Shown: in pieces, positions 1 through 14,339 of the stretch | How the letters are laid out: every line of letters begins with the position of its first letter | Position numbering within the stretch: position 1 is the stretch's first letter | Assembly: GCA_030704615.1 (NCBI GenBank) | Contig: CM060734.1 | Coordinates: forward strand, 26,846,001 to 26,910,000 | Reading direction: 5' to 3' | Origin: Takakia lepidozioides | Taxonomy: Eukaryota > Plantae > Bryophyta | Length of the DNA: 64,000 nt | The notes under the pieces: model-generated | Told to the model about the DNA's origin: nothing | What the model saw: only the letters and a program-made list of their open reading frames with translations | The model's database searches: none | Translations under genes and position numbers: made by a program

Positions 1-3000
1 AGGGTGAACCCATCGTTCGATGTTCAAATGATTTTTGATTGCTTTCAAACATTGCGAGTGTGTTGGACATACCTTGTCAAATGCTCATCTCAAGTATGAA
101 TTCAATCAAAATTGATTGAAAGGGTGAACCCATCGTTCGATGTTCAAATGAATTTTTGATTGCTTTCAAACATGCGAGTGTGTTGGACATACCTTGTCAA
201 AGGTACGTGTCGAGTATCAGGTCAACCGAAATTGATTCAAAGGGTGAACCCATCGTTCGATGTTCAAATGAAATTTTGATTGCTTTCAATCTCTGCGAGT
301 GTGTTGGACATACCTTGTCACATGCTCCTCTCAAGTATGAAGTCAATCAAAATTGATTGAAAGGGTGAACCTATCGTTCGATGTTCAAATGATCTTTAAT
401 TTCTTTCAAACATTGCGAGTGTGTTGGACATACCTTGTCAAAGGTATGTGTCGACTATCAGGTCAATCGAAATTGATTCAAAGGGTGAACCCATCGTTCG
501 ATGTTCAAATGAATTTTTGATAGCTTTCAATCTTTGCGAGTGTGTTGGACATACCTTGTCACATGCTCCTCTCAAGTATGAAGTCAATCAACATTGATTG
601 AAAGGGTGAACCTATCGTTCGATGTTCAAATGATCTTTGATTGCTTTCAAACATTGCGAGTGTGTTGGACATACCTTGTCTGAGGTAGGTGTCGAATATC
701 AGGTCAATCAAAATTGATTGAAAGGGTGATCCCATCGTTCGATGTTCAAATGATTTTTGATTGCTTTCAAACATTGCGAGTGTGTTGGACATACCTTGTC
801 AAATGCTCCTCTCAAGTATGAATTCAATCAAAATTGATTGAAAGGGTGAACCCATCGTTCGATGTTCAAATGATTTTTCATTGCTTTCAAACATTGCGAG
901 TGTGTTGGACATACCTTGTCAGAGGTCCGTGTCGAGTATCAGGTTAATCGAAATTGATTCAAAGGGTCAACCCATCGTTCGATGTTCAAATGAATTTTTG
1001 ATTGCTTTCAATCTTTGCGAGTGTGTTGGACATACCTTGTCACATGCTCCTCTCAAGTATGAAGTCAATCAACATTGATTGAAAGGGTGAACCTATCGTT
1101 CGATGTTCAAATGATCTTTGATTGCTTTCAAACATTGCGAGTGTGTTGGACATACCTTGTCTGAGGTAGGTGTCGAATATCAGGTCAATCAAAATTGATT
1201 GAAAGGGTGATCCCATCGTTCGATGTTCAAATGATTTTTGATTGCTTTCAAACATTGCGAGTGTGTTGGACATACCTTGTCAAATGCTCCTCTCAAGTAT
1301 GAATTCAATCAAAATTGATTGAAAGGGTGAACCCATCGTTCGATGTTCAAATGATTTTTCATTGCTTTCAAACATTGCGAGTGTGTTGGACATACCTTGT
1401 CAGAGGTACGTGTCGAGTATCAGGTTAATCGAAATTGATTCAAAGGGTCAACCCATCGTTCGATGTTCAAATGAATTTTTGATTGCTTTCAATCTTTGCG
1501 AGTGTGTTGGACATACCTTGTTAGAGGTTTGTGTCGAGTATCAGGTCAATCAAAATTGATTGAAAGGGTGAACCTATCGTTCGATGTTCAAATGATCTTT
1601 GATTCTTTCAAACATTGCGAGTGTATTGGACATACCTTGTCAGAGGTATGTGTCGAATATCAGGTCAATCAAAATTGATTGAAAGGGTCAACCCATCGTT
1701 CGATGTTCAAATGATTTTTGATTGCTTTCAAACATTAGGAGTGTGTTGGACATACCTTGTCAAATGCTCCTCTCAAGTATGAATTCAATCAAAATTGATT
1801 GAAAGGGTGAACCCATCGTTCGATGTTCAAATGATTTTTGATTGCTTTCAAACATTGCGAGTGTGTTGGACATACCTTGTCAGAGGTACGTGTGGAGTAT
1901 CAGGTCAATCGAAATTCATTCAAAGGGTCAACCCATCGTGCGATGTTCAAATGGATTTTTGATTGCTTTCAATCTTTGCATGTGTGTTGGACATACCTTG
2001 TCACATGCTCCTCTCAAGTATGAAGTCAATCAAAATTGATTGAAAGGGTGAACCCATCGTTCGATGTTCAAATGATTTTTGATTGCTTTCAAACATTGCG
2101 AGTGTGTTGGACTTACCTTGTCAGAGGTACGTGTGGAGTATTAGGTCAATCGAAATTGATTCAAAGGGTGAACCCATCGTTCGATGTTCAAATGAATTTT
2201 TGATTGCTTTCAATCTTTGCATGTGTGTTGGACATACCTTGTCACATGCTCCTCTCAAGTATGAATTCAATCCAAATTGATTGAAAGGGTGAACCTATCG
2301 TTCGATGTTCAAATGATCCTTGATTGCTTTCAAACATTGCGAGTGTGTTGGACATACCTTGTCAGAGGTACGTGTCGAGTATCAAGTCAATCGAAATTGA
2401 TTCAAAGGGTGAACCCATCGTTCGATGTTCAAATGAATTTTTGATTGCTTTCAATCTTTGCGAGTGTGTTGGACTTACCTTGTCAGAGGTACATGTGGAG
2501 TATCAGGTCAATCAAAATTGATTCAAAGGGTGAACCCATCGTTCGATGTTCAAATGAATTTTTGATTGCTTTCAATCTTTGCGAGTGTGTTGGACATACC
2601 TTGTCACATGCTCCTCTCAAGTATGAAGTCAATCAAAAGTGATTGAAAGGGTGAACCTATCGTTCGATGTTCAAATGATCTTTGATTGCTTTCAAACATT
2701 GCGAGTGTGTTGGACATACCTTGTCACATGCTCCTCTCAAGTATGAAGTCAATCAAAATTGATTGAAAGGGTGAACCTATCGTTCGATGTTCAAATGATC
2801 TTTGACTGCTTTCAAACATTGCGAGTGTGTTGGACATACCTTGTCAGAGGTACGTGTGGAGTATCAGGTCAATCGAAATTGTTTGAAAGGGTGAACCCAT
2901 CGTTCGATGTTCAAATGAATTTTTGATTGCTTTCAATCTTTGCATGAGTGTTGGACATACCTTGTCACATGCTCCTCTCAAGTATGAAGTCAATCAAAAT

Positions 3001-6000
3001 TGATTGAAAGGGTGAACCCATCGTTCGATGTTCAATGATTTTTTATTGCTTTCAAACATTGCGAGTGTGTTGGACATACCTTGTCAGAGGTACGTGTAGA
3101 GTATAAGGTCAATCGAAATTGATTCAAAGGGTGAACCCATCGTTCGATGTTCAAATGAATTTTTGATTGCTTTCAATCTTTGCATGTGTGTTGGACATAC
3201 CTTGTCACATGCTCCTCTCAAGTATGAAGTCAATCAAAATTGATTGAAAGGGTGAACCTATCGTTCGATGTTCAAATGATCTTTGATTGCTTTCAAACAT
3301 TGCGAGTGTGTTGGACATACCTTGTCAGAGGTACGTGTCGAGTATCAGGTCAATCGAAAATTGATTCAAAGGGTGAACCCATCGTTCGATGTTCAAATGA
3401 TTTTTGATTGCTTTCAACATTGCGAGTGTGTTGGACATACCTTGTCAAATGCTCCTCTCAAGTATGAATTCAATCAAAATTGATTGAAAGGGTGAACCCA
3501 TCGTTCGATGTTCGAATGATTTTTGATTGCTTTCAAACATTGCGAGTGTGTTGGATATACCTTGTCAGAGGTACGTGTCGAGTATCAGGTCAATCGAAAT
3601 TGATTCAAAGGGTGAACCCATCGTTCGATGTTCAAATGATTTTTGATTGCTTTCAATCTTTGCGAGTGTGTTGGACATACCTTGTCACATGCTCCTCTCA
3701 AGTATGAAGTCAATCAAAATTGATTGAAAGGGTGAACCCATCGTTCGATGTTCAAATGATTTTTGATTGCTTTCAAACATTGCGAGTGTGTTGGACATAC
3801 CTTGTCAAATGCTCATCTCAAGTATGAATTCAATCAAAATTGATTGAAAGGGTGAACCCATCGTTCGATGTTCAAATGAATTTTTGATTGCTTTCAAACA
3901 TTGCGAGTGTGTTGGACATACCTTGTCAAAGGTACGTGTCGAGTATCAGGTCAACCGAAATTGATTCAAAGGGTGAACCCATCGTTCGATGTTCAAATGA
4001 ATTTTGATTGCTTTCAATCTTTGCGAGTGTGTTGGACATACCTTGTCACATGCTCCTCTCAAGTATGAAGTCAATCAAAATTGATTGAAAGGTGAACCTA
4101 TCGTTCGATGTTCAAATGATCTTTAATTTCTTTCAAACATTGCGAGTGTGTTGGACATACCTTGTCAAAGGTATGTGTCGACTATCAGGTCAATCGAAAT
4201 TGATTCAAAGGGTGAACCCATCGTTCGATGTTCAAATGAATTTTTGATTGCTTTCAATCTTTGCGAGTGTGTTGGACATACCTTGTCACATGCTCCTCTC
4301 AAGTATGAAGTCAATCAAAATTGATTGAAAGGGTGAACCTATCGTTCGATGTTCAAATGATCTTTGATTGCTTTCAAACATTGCGAGTGTGTTGGACATA
4401 CCTTGTCTGAGGTAGGTGTCGAAGTATCAGGTCAATCAAAATTGATTGAAAGGGTGAACCCATCGTTCGATGTTCAAATGATTTTTGATTGCTTTCAAAC
4501 ATTGCGAGTGTGTTGGACATACCTTGTCAAATGCTCCTCTCAAGTATGAATTCAATCAAAATTGATTGAAAGGGTGAACCCATCGTTCGATGTTCAAATG
4601 ATTTTTCATTGCTTTCAAACATTGCGAGTGTGTTGGACATACCTTGTCAGAGGTCCGTGTCGAGTATCAGGTCAATCGAAATTGATTCAAAGGGTGAACC
4701 CATCGTTCGATGTTCAAATGAATTTTTGATTGCTTTCAATCTTTGCGAGTGTGTTGGACATACCTTGTCACATGCTCCTCTCAAGTATGAAGTCAATCAA
4801 AATTGATTGAAAGGGTGAACCTATCGTTCGATGTTCAAATGATTTTGATTGCTTTCAAACATTGCGAGTGTGTTGGACATACCTTGTCTGAGGTAGGTGT
4901 CGAATATCAGGTCAATCAAAATTGATTGAAAGGGTGATCCCATCGTTCGATGTTCAAATGATTTTTTGATTGCTTTCAAACATTGCGAGTGTGTTGGACA
5001 TACCTTGTCAAATGCTCCTCTCAAGTATGAATTCAATCAAAATTGATTGAAAGGGTGAACCCATCGTTCGATGTTCAAATGATTTTTGATTGCTTTCAAA
5101 CATTGCGAGTGTGTTGGACATACCTTGTCAGAGGTACGTGTCGAGTATCAGGTCAATCGAAATTGATTCAAAGGGTCAACCCATCGTTCGATGTTCAAAT
5201 GAATTTTTGATTGCTTTCAATCTTTGCGAGTGTGTTGGACATACCTTGTTAGAGGTTTGTGTCGAGTATCAGGTCAATCAAAATTGATTGAAAGGGTGAA
5301 CCTATCGTTCGATGTTCAAATGATCTTTGATTGCTTTCAAACATTGCGAGTGTTTGCACATACCTTGTCAGAGGTATGTGTCGAATATCAGGTCAATCAA
5401 AATTGATTGAAAGGGTCAACCCATCGTTGGATGTTCAAATGATTTTTGATTGCTTTCAAACATTAGGAGTGTGTTGGACATACCTTGTCAAATGCTCCTC
5501 TCAAGTATGAATTCAATCAAAATTGATTGAAAGGGTGAACCCATCGTTCGATGTTCAAATGATTTTTGATTGCTTTCAAACATTGCGAGTGTGTTGGACA
5601 TACCTTGTCAGAGGTACGTGTGGAGTATCAGGTCAATCGAAATTGATTCAAAGGGTCAACCCATCGTTCGATGTTCAAATGGATTTTTGATTGCTTTCAA
5701 TCTTTGCATGTGTGTTGGACATACCTTGTCACATGCTCCTCTCAAGTATGAAGTCAATCAAAATTGATTGAAAGGGTGAACCCATCGTTCGATGTTCAAA
5801 TGATTTTTGATTGCTTTCAAACATTGCGAGTGTGTTGGACATACCTTGTCAGAGGTACGTGTGGAGTATTAGGTCAATCGAAATTGATTCAAAGGGTGAA
5901 CCATCGTTCGATGTTCAAATGAATTTTTGATTGCTTTCAATCTTTGCATGTGTGTTGGACATACCTTGTCACATGCTCCTCTCAAGTATGAATTCAATCC

Positions 6001-9000
6001 AAATTGATTGAAAGGGTGAACCTATCGTTCGATGTTCAAATGATCCTTGATTGCTTTCAAACATTGCGGGTGTGTTGGACATACCTTGTCAGAGGTACGT
6101 GTCGAGTATCAAGTCAATCGAAATTGATTCAAAGGGTGAACCCATCGTTCGATGTTCAAATGAATTTTTGATTGCTTTCAATCTTTGCGAGTGTGTTGGA
6201 CATTACCTTGTCAGAGGTACATGTGAGTATCAGGTCAATCAAAATTGATTCAAAGGGTGAACCCATCGTTCGATGTTCAAATGAATTTTTGATTGCTTTC
6301 AATCTTTGCGAGTGTGTTGGACATACCTTGTCACATGCTCCTCTCAAGTATGAAGTCAATCAAAATTGATTGAAAGGGTGAACCTATCGTTCGATGTTCA
6401 AATGATCTTTGATTGCTTTCAAACATTGCGAGTGTGTTGGACATACCTTGTCACATGCTCCTCTCAAGTATGAAGTCAATCAAAATTGATTGAAAGGGTG
6501 AACCCATCGTTCGATGTTCAAATGATCTTTTGACTGCTTTCAAACATTGCGAGTGTGTTGGACATACCTTGTCAGAGGTACGTGTGGAGTATCAGGTCAA
6601 TCGAAATTGTTTCAAAGGGTGAACCCATCGTTCGATGTTCAAATGAATTTTGATTGCTTTCAATCTTTGCATGTGTGTTGGACATACCTTGTCACATGCT
6701 CCTCTCAAGTATGAAGTCAATCAAAATTGATTGAAAGGGTGAACCCATCGTTCGATGTTCCAATGATTTTTGATTGCTTTCAAACATTGCGAGTGTGTTG
6801 GACATACCTTGTCAGAGGTACGTGTCGAGTATCAGGTCAATCGAAATTGATTCAAAGGGTGAACCCATCGTTCGATGTTCAAATGAATTTTTGATTGCTT
6901 TCAATCTTTGCATGTGTGTTGGACATACCTTGTCACATGCTCCTCTCAAGTATGAAGTCAATCAAAATTGATTGAAAGGGTGAACCATCGTTCGATGTTC
7001 AAATGATCTTTGATTGCTTTCAAACATTGCGAGTGTGTTGGACATACCTTGTCAGAGGTACGTGTCGAAGTATCAGGTCAATCAAATTGATGAAAGGGTG
7101 AACCCATCGTTCGATGTTCAAATGATTTTTGATTGCTTTCAAACATTGCGAGTGTGTTGGACATACCTTGTCAGAGGTACGTGTGGAGTATCAGGTCAAT
7201 CGAAATTGATTGAAAGCGTGAACCCATCGTTCGATGTTCAAATGATTTTTTGTTGCTTTCAAACATTGCGAGTGTGTTGGACATACCTTGTCAAATGCTC
7301 CTCTCAAGTATGAATTCAATCAAAAATTGATGAAAAGGGTGAACCCATCGTTCGATGTTCAAATGATTTTTGATTGCTTTCAAACATTGCGAGTGTGTTG
7401 GACATACTTTGTCAGAGGTACGTGTCGAAGTATCAGGTCAATCAAAATTGATTGAAAGGGTGAACCCATCGTTCGATGTTCAAATGATTTTTGATTGCTT
7501 TCAAACATTGCGAGTGTGTTGGACATACCTTGTCAAATGCTCCTCTCAAGTATGAATTCAATCAAATTGATTGAAAGGGTGAACCCATCGTTCGATGTTC
7601 AAATGATTTTTGATTGCTTTCAAACATTGCGAGTGTGTTGGACATACCTTGTCAGAGGTACGTGTCGAGTATCAGGTCAATCGAAATTGATTCAAAGGGT
7701 GAACCCATCGTTCGATGTTCAAATGAATTTTTTATTGCTTTCAATCTTTGCGAGTGTGTTGGACATACCTTGTTAGAGGTTTGTTGTCGAGTATCAGGTC
7801 AATCAAAATTGATTGAAAGGGTGAACCCATCGTTCGATGTTCAAATGATCTTTGATTGCTTTCAAACATTGCGAGTGTGTTGGACATACCTTGTCAGAAG
7901 GTATGTGTCGAATATCAGGTCAATCAAAATTGATTGAAAGGGTGAACCCATCGTTCGATGTTCAAATGATTTTTGATTGCTTTCAAACATTGCGAGTGTG
8001 TTGGACATACCTTGTCAAATGCTCCTCTCAAGTATGAATCAATCAAAATTGATTGAAAGGGTGAACCCATCGTTCGATGTTCAAATGATTTTTGATTGCT
8101 TTCAAACATTGCGAGTGTGTTGGACATACCTTGTCAGAGGTACGTGTGGAGTATCAGGTCAATCGAAATTGATTCAAAGGGTGAACCCATCGTTCGATGT
8201 TCAAATGAATTTTTGATTGCTTTCAATCTTTGCGAGTGTGTTGGACATACCTTGTCACAATGCTCCTCTCAAGTATGAAGTCAATCAAAATTGATTGAAA
8301 GGGTGAACCCATCGTTCGATGTTCAAATGATTTTTGATTGCTTTCAAACATTGCGAGTGTGTTGGACATACCTTGTCAGAGGTATGTGTTGAGTATCAGG
8401 TCAATCGAAATTGATTCAAAGGGTGAACCCATCGTTCGATGTTCAAATGATTTTTTGTTGCTTTCAAACATTGCGAGTGTGTTGGACATACCTTGTCACA
8501 TGCTCCTCTCAAGTATGAATTCAATCAAAATTGATTGAAAGGGTGAACCCAACGTTCGATGTTCAAATGATTTTTGATTGCTTTCAAACATTGCGAGTGT
8601 GTTGGACATACCTTGTCAGAGGTACGTGTTGAGTATCAGGTCAATCAAAATTGATTCAAAGGGTGAACCCATCGTTCGATGTTCAAATGAATTTTGATTG
8701 CTTTCAATCTTTGCGAGTGTGTTGGACATACCTTGTCACATGCTCCTCTCAAGTATGAAGTCAATCAAAATTGATTGAAAGGGTGAACCCATCGTTCGAT
8801 GTTCCAATGATTTTTGATTGCTTTCAAACATTGCGAGTGTGTTGGATATACCTTGTCAGAGGTACGTGTCGAGTATCAGGTCAATCAAAATTGATTCAAA
8901 GGGTGAACCCATCGTTCGATGTTCAAATGAAATTTTGATTGCTTTCAATCTTTGCGAGTGTGTTGGACATACCTTGTCACATGCTCCTCTCAAGTATGAA

Positions 9001-12000
9001 GTCAATCAAAATTGATTGAAAGGGTGAACCCATCGTTCGATGTTCAAATGATTTTTGATTGCTTTCAAACATTGCGAGTGTGTTGGACATACCTTGTCAA
9101 ATGCTCATCTCAAGTATGAATTCAATCAAAATTGATTGAAAGGGTGAACCCATCGTTCGATGTTCAAATGAATTTTTGATTGCTTTCAAACATTGCGAGT
9201 GTGTTGGACATACCTTGTCAAAGGTATGTGTCGAGTATCAGGTCAATCGAAATTGATTCAAAGGGTGAACCCATCGTTCGATGTTCAAATGAAATTTTGA
9301 TTGCTTTCAATCTTTGCGAGTGTGTTGGACATACCTTGTCACATGCTCCTCTCAAGTATGAAGTCAATCAAAATTGATTGAAAGGGTGAACCCATCGTTC
9401 GATGTTCAAATGATCTTTGATTGCTTTCAAACATTGCGAGTGTGTTGGACATATACCTTGTCAGAGGTAGGTGTCGAATATCAAGTCAATCAAAATTGAT
9501 TGAAAGGGTGAACCCATCGTTCGATGTTCAAATGATTTTTGATTGCTTTCAAACATTGCGAGTGTGTTGGACATACCTTGTCACATGCTCCTCTCAAGTA
9601 TGAAGTCAATCAAAATTGATTGAAAGGGTGAACCCATCGTTCGATGTTCAAATGATTTTGATTGCTTTCAAACATTGCGAGTGTGTTGGACATACCTTGT
9701 CAGAGGTACGTGTCGAGTATCAGGTCAATCGAAATTGATTCAAAGGGTGAACCCATCGTTCGATGTTCAAATGAATTTTTGATTGCTTTCAATCTTTGCG
9801 AGTGTGTTGGACATACCTTGTCAGAGGTTTGTGTCGAGTATCAGGTCAATCAAAATTGATTGAAAGGGTGAACCCATCGTTCGATGTTCAAATGATTTTT
9901 GATTGCTTTCAAACATTGCGAGTGTGTTGGACATACCTTGTCAGAGGTACGTGTCGAGTATCAGGTCAATCGAAATTGATTCAAAGGGTGAACCCATCGT
10001 TCGATGTTCAAATGATTTTTGATTGCTTTCAAACATTGCGAGTGTGTTGGACATACCTTGTCACATGCTCCTCTCAAGTATGAAGTCAATCAAAATTGAT
10101 TGAAAGGGTGAACCCATCGTTCGATGTTCAAATGATTTTTGATTGCTTTCAAACATTGCGAGTGTGTTGGACATACCTTGTCAGAGGTACGTGTCGAGTA
10201 TCAGGTCAATCGAAATTGATTCAAAGGGTGAAACCATCGTTCGATGTTCAAATGAATTTTTGATTGCTTTCAATCTTTGCGAGTGTGTTGGACATACCTT
10301 GTCACATGCTCCTCTCAAGTATGAAGTCAATCAAAATTGATTGAAAGGGTGAACCCATCGTTCGATGTTCAAATGATTTTTGATTGCTTTCAAACATTGC
10401 GAGTGTGTTGGACATACCTTGTCAAATGCTCCTCTCAAGTATGAATTCAATCAAAATTGATTGAAAGGGTGAACCCATCGTTCGATGTTCAAATGAATTT
10501 TTGATTGCTTTCAAACATTGCGAGTGTGTTGGACATACCTTGTCAGAGGTACGTGTCGAGTATCAGGTCAATCGAAATTGATTCAAAGGGTGAACCCATC
10601 GTTCGATGTTCAAATGAAATTTTGATTGCTTTCAATCTTTGCGAGTGTGTTGGACATACCTTGTCACATGCTCCTCTCAAGTATGAAGTCAATCAAAATT
10701 GATTGAAAGGGTGAACCCATCGTTCGATGTTCAAATGATCTTTGATTGCTTTCAAACATTGCGAGTGTGTTGGACATACCTTGTCTGAGGTAGGTGTCGA
10801 ATATCAGGTCAATCAAAAATTGATTGAAAGGGTGAACCCATCGTTCGATGTTCAAATGATTTTTGATTGCTTTCAAACCATGCGAGTGTGTTGGACATAC
10901 CTTGTCAAATGCTCCTCTCAAGTATGATTCAATCAAAATTGATTGAAAGGGTGAACCCATCGTTCGATGTTCAAATGATTTTTGATTGCTTTCAAACATT
11001 GCGAGTGTGTTGGACATACCTTGTCAGAGGTACGTGTCGAGTATCAGGTTAATCAAAATTGATTGAAAGGGTGAACCCATCGTTCGATGTTCAAATGATT
11101 TTTGATTGCTTTCAATCTTTGCGAGTGTGTTGGACATACCTTGTCAGAGGTTCGTGTCGAGTATCAGGTCAATCAAAATTGATTGAAAGGGTGAACCATC
11201 GTTCGATGTTCAAATGATTTTTGATTGCTTTCAAACATTGCGAGTGTGTTGGACATACCTTGTCAAATGCTCCTCTCAAGTATGAAGTCAATCAAAATTG
11301 ATTGAAAGGGTGAACCCATCGTTCGATGTTCAAATGATTTTTTATTGCTTTCAATCTTTGCGAGTGTGTTGGACATACCTTGTCAGAGGTACGTGTCGAG
11401 TATCAGGTCAATCGAAATTGATTCAAAGGGTGAACCCATCGTTCGATGTTCAAATGAATTTTGATTGCTTTCAAATCTTTGCGAGTGTGTTGGACATACC
11501 TTGTCAGAGGTTTGTGTCGAGTATCAGGTCAATCAAATTGATTGAAAGGGTGAACCCATCGTTCGATGTTCAAATGATTTTTTGATTGCTTTCAAACATT
11601 GCGAGTGTGTTGGACATACCTTGTCAGAGGTATGTGTCGAGTATCAGGTCAATCAAAATTGATTGAAAGGGTCAACCCATCGTTCGATGTTCAAATGATT
11701 TTTGATTGCTTTCAAACATTAGGAGTGTGTTGGACATACCTAGTCAAATGCTCCTCTCAAGTATGAATTCAATCAAAATTGATTGAAAGGGTGAACCCAT
11801 CGTTCGATGTTCAAATGAATTTTTGATTGCTTTCAATCTTTGCGAGTGTGTTGGACATACCTTGTTAGAGGTTTGTGTCGAGTATCAGGTCAATCAAAAT
11901 TGATTGAAAGGGTGAACCCATCGTTCGATGTTCAAATGATCTTTGATTGCTTTCAAACATTGCGAGTGTGTTGGACATACCTTGTCAAATGCTCCTCTCA

Positions 12001-13041
12001 AGTATGAATTCAATCAAAATTGATTGAAAGGGTGAACCCATCGTTCGATGTTCAAATGATTTTTTATTGCTTTCAATCTTTGCGAGTGTGTTGGACATAC
12101 CTTGTCAGAGGTACGTGTCGAGTATCAGGTCAATCAAAATTGATTGAAAGGGTGAACCCATCGTTCGATGTTCAAATGATCTTTGATTGCTTTCAAACAT
12201 TGCGAGTGTGTTGGACATACCTTGTCAAATGCTCCTCTCAAGTATGAATTCAATCAAAATTGATTGAAAGGGTGAACCCATCGTTCGATGTTCAAATGAT
12301 TTTTGATTGCTTTCAAACATTGCGAGTGTGTTGGACATACCTTGTCAGAGGTACGTGTCGAGTATCAGGTCAACCGAAATTGATTCAAAGGGTGAACCCA
12401 TCGTTCGATGTTCAAATGAATTTTTGATTGCTTTCAATCTTTGCGAGTGTGTTGGACATACCTTGTCACATGCTCCTCTCAAGTATGAAGTCAATCAAAA
12501 TTGATTGAAAGGGTGAACCCATCGTTCGATGTTTAATTGATTTTTGATTGCTTTCAAACATTGCGAGTGTGTTGGACATACCTTGTCAAATGCTCCTCTC
12601 AAGTATGAATTCAATCAAAATTGATTGAAAGGGTGAACCCATCGTTCGATGTTCAAATGATTTTTGATTGCTTTCAAACATTGCGAGTGTGTTGGACATA
12701 CCTTGTCAGAGGTATGTGTCGAGTATCAGGTCAATCGAAATTTATTCAAAGGGTCAACCCATCGTTCGATGTTCAAATGAATTTTTGATTGCTTTCAATC
12801 TTTGCGAGTGTGTTGGACATACCTTGTCACATGCTCCTCTCAGTATGAAGTCAATCAAAATTGATTAAAAGGGTGAACCCATCGTTCGATTGAAATGATT
12901 TTTGATTGCTTTCAACATTGCGAGTGTGTTGGACATACCTTGTGAAATGCTCCTCTCAAGTATGAATTCAATCAAAATTGATTGAAAGGGTGAACCCATC
13001 GTTCGATGTTCAACGATGATTTTTGATTGCTTTCAAACATT
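1..13041. repeat. Tandem satellite array, ~120/121-bp monomer, two main monomer types, higher-order structure; candidate centromeric satellite
   Basis: Continuous repeats of AGGGTGAACCCATCGTTCGATGTTCAAATG...TTGGACATACCTTGTC. This is followed by either AGAGGTACGTGTCGAGTATCAGG (type A) or ACATGCTCCTCTCAAGTATGAAG (type B). About 108 monomers by length. Centromeric role is inference. Confidence 0.97.
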
Positions 13042-13541
13042 NNNNNNNNNNNNNNNNNNNNNNNNNNNNNNNNNNNNNNNNNNNNNNNNNNNNNNNNNNN
13101 NNNNNNNNNNNNNNNNNNNNNNNNNNNNNNNNNNNNNNNNNNNNNNNNNNNNNNNNNNNNNNNNNNNNNNNNNNNNNNNNNNNNNNNNNNNNNNNNNNNN
13201 NNNNNNNNNNNNNNNNNNNNNNNNNNNNNNNNNNNNNNNNNNNNNNNNNNNNNNNNNNNNNNNNNNNNNNNNNNNNNNNNNNNNNNNNNNNNNNNNNNNN
13301 NNNNNNNNNNNNNNNNNNNNNNNNNNNNNNNNNNNNNNNNNNNNNNNNNNNNNNNNNNNNNNNNNNNNNNNNNNNNNNNNNNNNNNNNNNNNNNNNNNNN
13401 NNNNNNNNNNNNNNNNNNNNNNNNNNNNNNNNNNNNNNNNNNNNNNNNNNNNNNNNNNNNNNNNNNNNNNNNNNNNNNNNNNNNNNNNNNNNNNNNNNNN
13501 NNNNNNNNNNNNNNNNNNNNNNNNNNNNNNNNNNNNNNNNN
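13042..13541. other. Assembly gap (500 N)
   Basis: Run of N; true distance and orientation across the gap are unknown. Confidence 1.
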
Positions 13542-13961
13542 ACAACCTGGTTTTTCTCATCCTCAAGCAAAAACCACAAGTGCTACAATTAACTCGTATC
13601 TGACACTCACAGATACGAGCTCATCTTTCCCGAGTGATAAAGAAGAAGAATACAAGCACAAGCTCATGCGAGCTCACAAAGCTGAAGCATAAACTCATGC
13701 ATATATAACCTCATCACTCAAATACAAGTCAAGCCAAGTGCACCCCACGCCATGGGGAATCCACACTACGGCACTATAGCTAGGCGCGGTGAGGCTCAAC
13801 TCGAGAAAGATGAGCCTCACGCGCTTGCCGTGAAGATAACCACTCCAGGGCCTAAATCTGCCTTGACCCCTGGATTGACACTTGGGCCAATCCCAAATGT
13901 CAATATGTAAAAGCTAACTATTTCCTAGCTAATTTCACACTAGTGGTAAAATAACTTGACA
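13542..13961 (-). mobile_element. 5' end of long LTR (LTR-A family), truncated by the gap
   Basis: Reverse complement begins TGTCAAGTTATTTTACCACTAGTG and is near-identical to 32649-33072 and 18051-18377. Confidence 0.85.
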
Positions 13962-14149
13962 CCTATCTACTTGGACATTCTCCCTAACCATTGTAAATGT
14001 ATTGTAACTAGTAAGACATAACTTTCCCCTCAGTATCTGTCCATCTGTAATGTTCTTAACTACCATCACTAGCCCCTACATGACTTGTATTATCTAGAAC
14101 CGCCTCTACGACATCCACATTTGCTCCGGATCTTGCTCCGGGTATAACA
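13962..14149 (-). mobile_element. Possible fragment of an unrelated LTR
   Basis: Minus strand begins TGTTATACCCGG and has TGTAA-rich LTR-like composition; no partner copy in the window. Confidence 0.3.
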
Positions 14150-14321
14150 TCCTTACAATCACGATGCCGGTTCTCTAGCCGGTTAGGAAGCTCGATGGCT
14201 TTTGCCGGTTCCCTTCCATAGCCGGTTCTTGCGGGGGCTACACTTTTCGGTTGTGCATATGTGCATAACCGGCAAATAACCGCCGGATATGCATGTCCAG
14301 ATGCCATACCCGCCAACACTG
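14150..14321. mobile_element. Terminal arm of non-autonomous hAT-like DNA transposon
   Basis: Repeated CCGGTT/AACCGG subterminal motifs ending in CCCGCCAACACTG, followed by the 8-mer GTTTAAAC. Confidence 0.6.
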
Positions 14322-14339
14322 GTTTAAACTAGTGTTGGG

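Noticed and set aside
156-12868. Dozens of 60-117 aa ORFs (MLSNIASVLDIPCQ...)
   Set aside because: Translations of satellite monomers; frames are broken at random by indels.
1-13041. CRISPR array or 5S rDNA (120-bp unit)
   Set aside because: The variable segment has only two recurring types rather than unique spacers, no cas genes are present, and there is no resemblance to 5S rRNA.
13010-13692. Long ORFs across the N run
   Set aside because: Artefacts of the gap.
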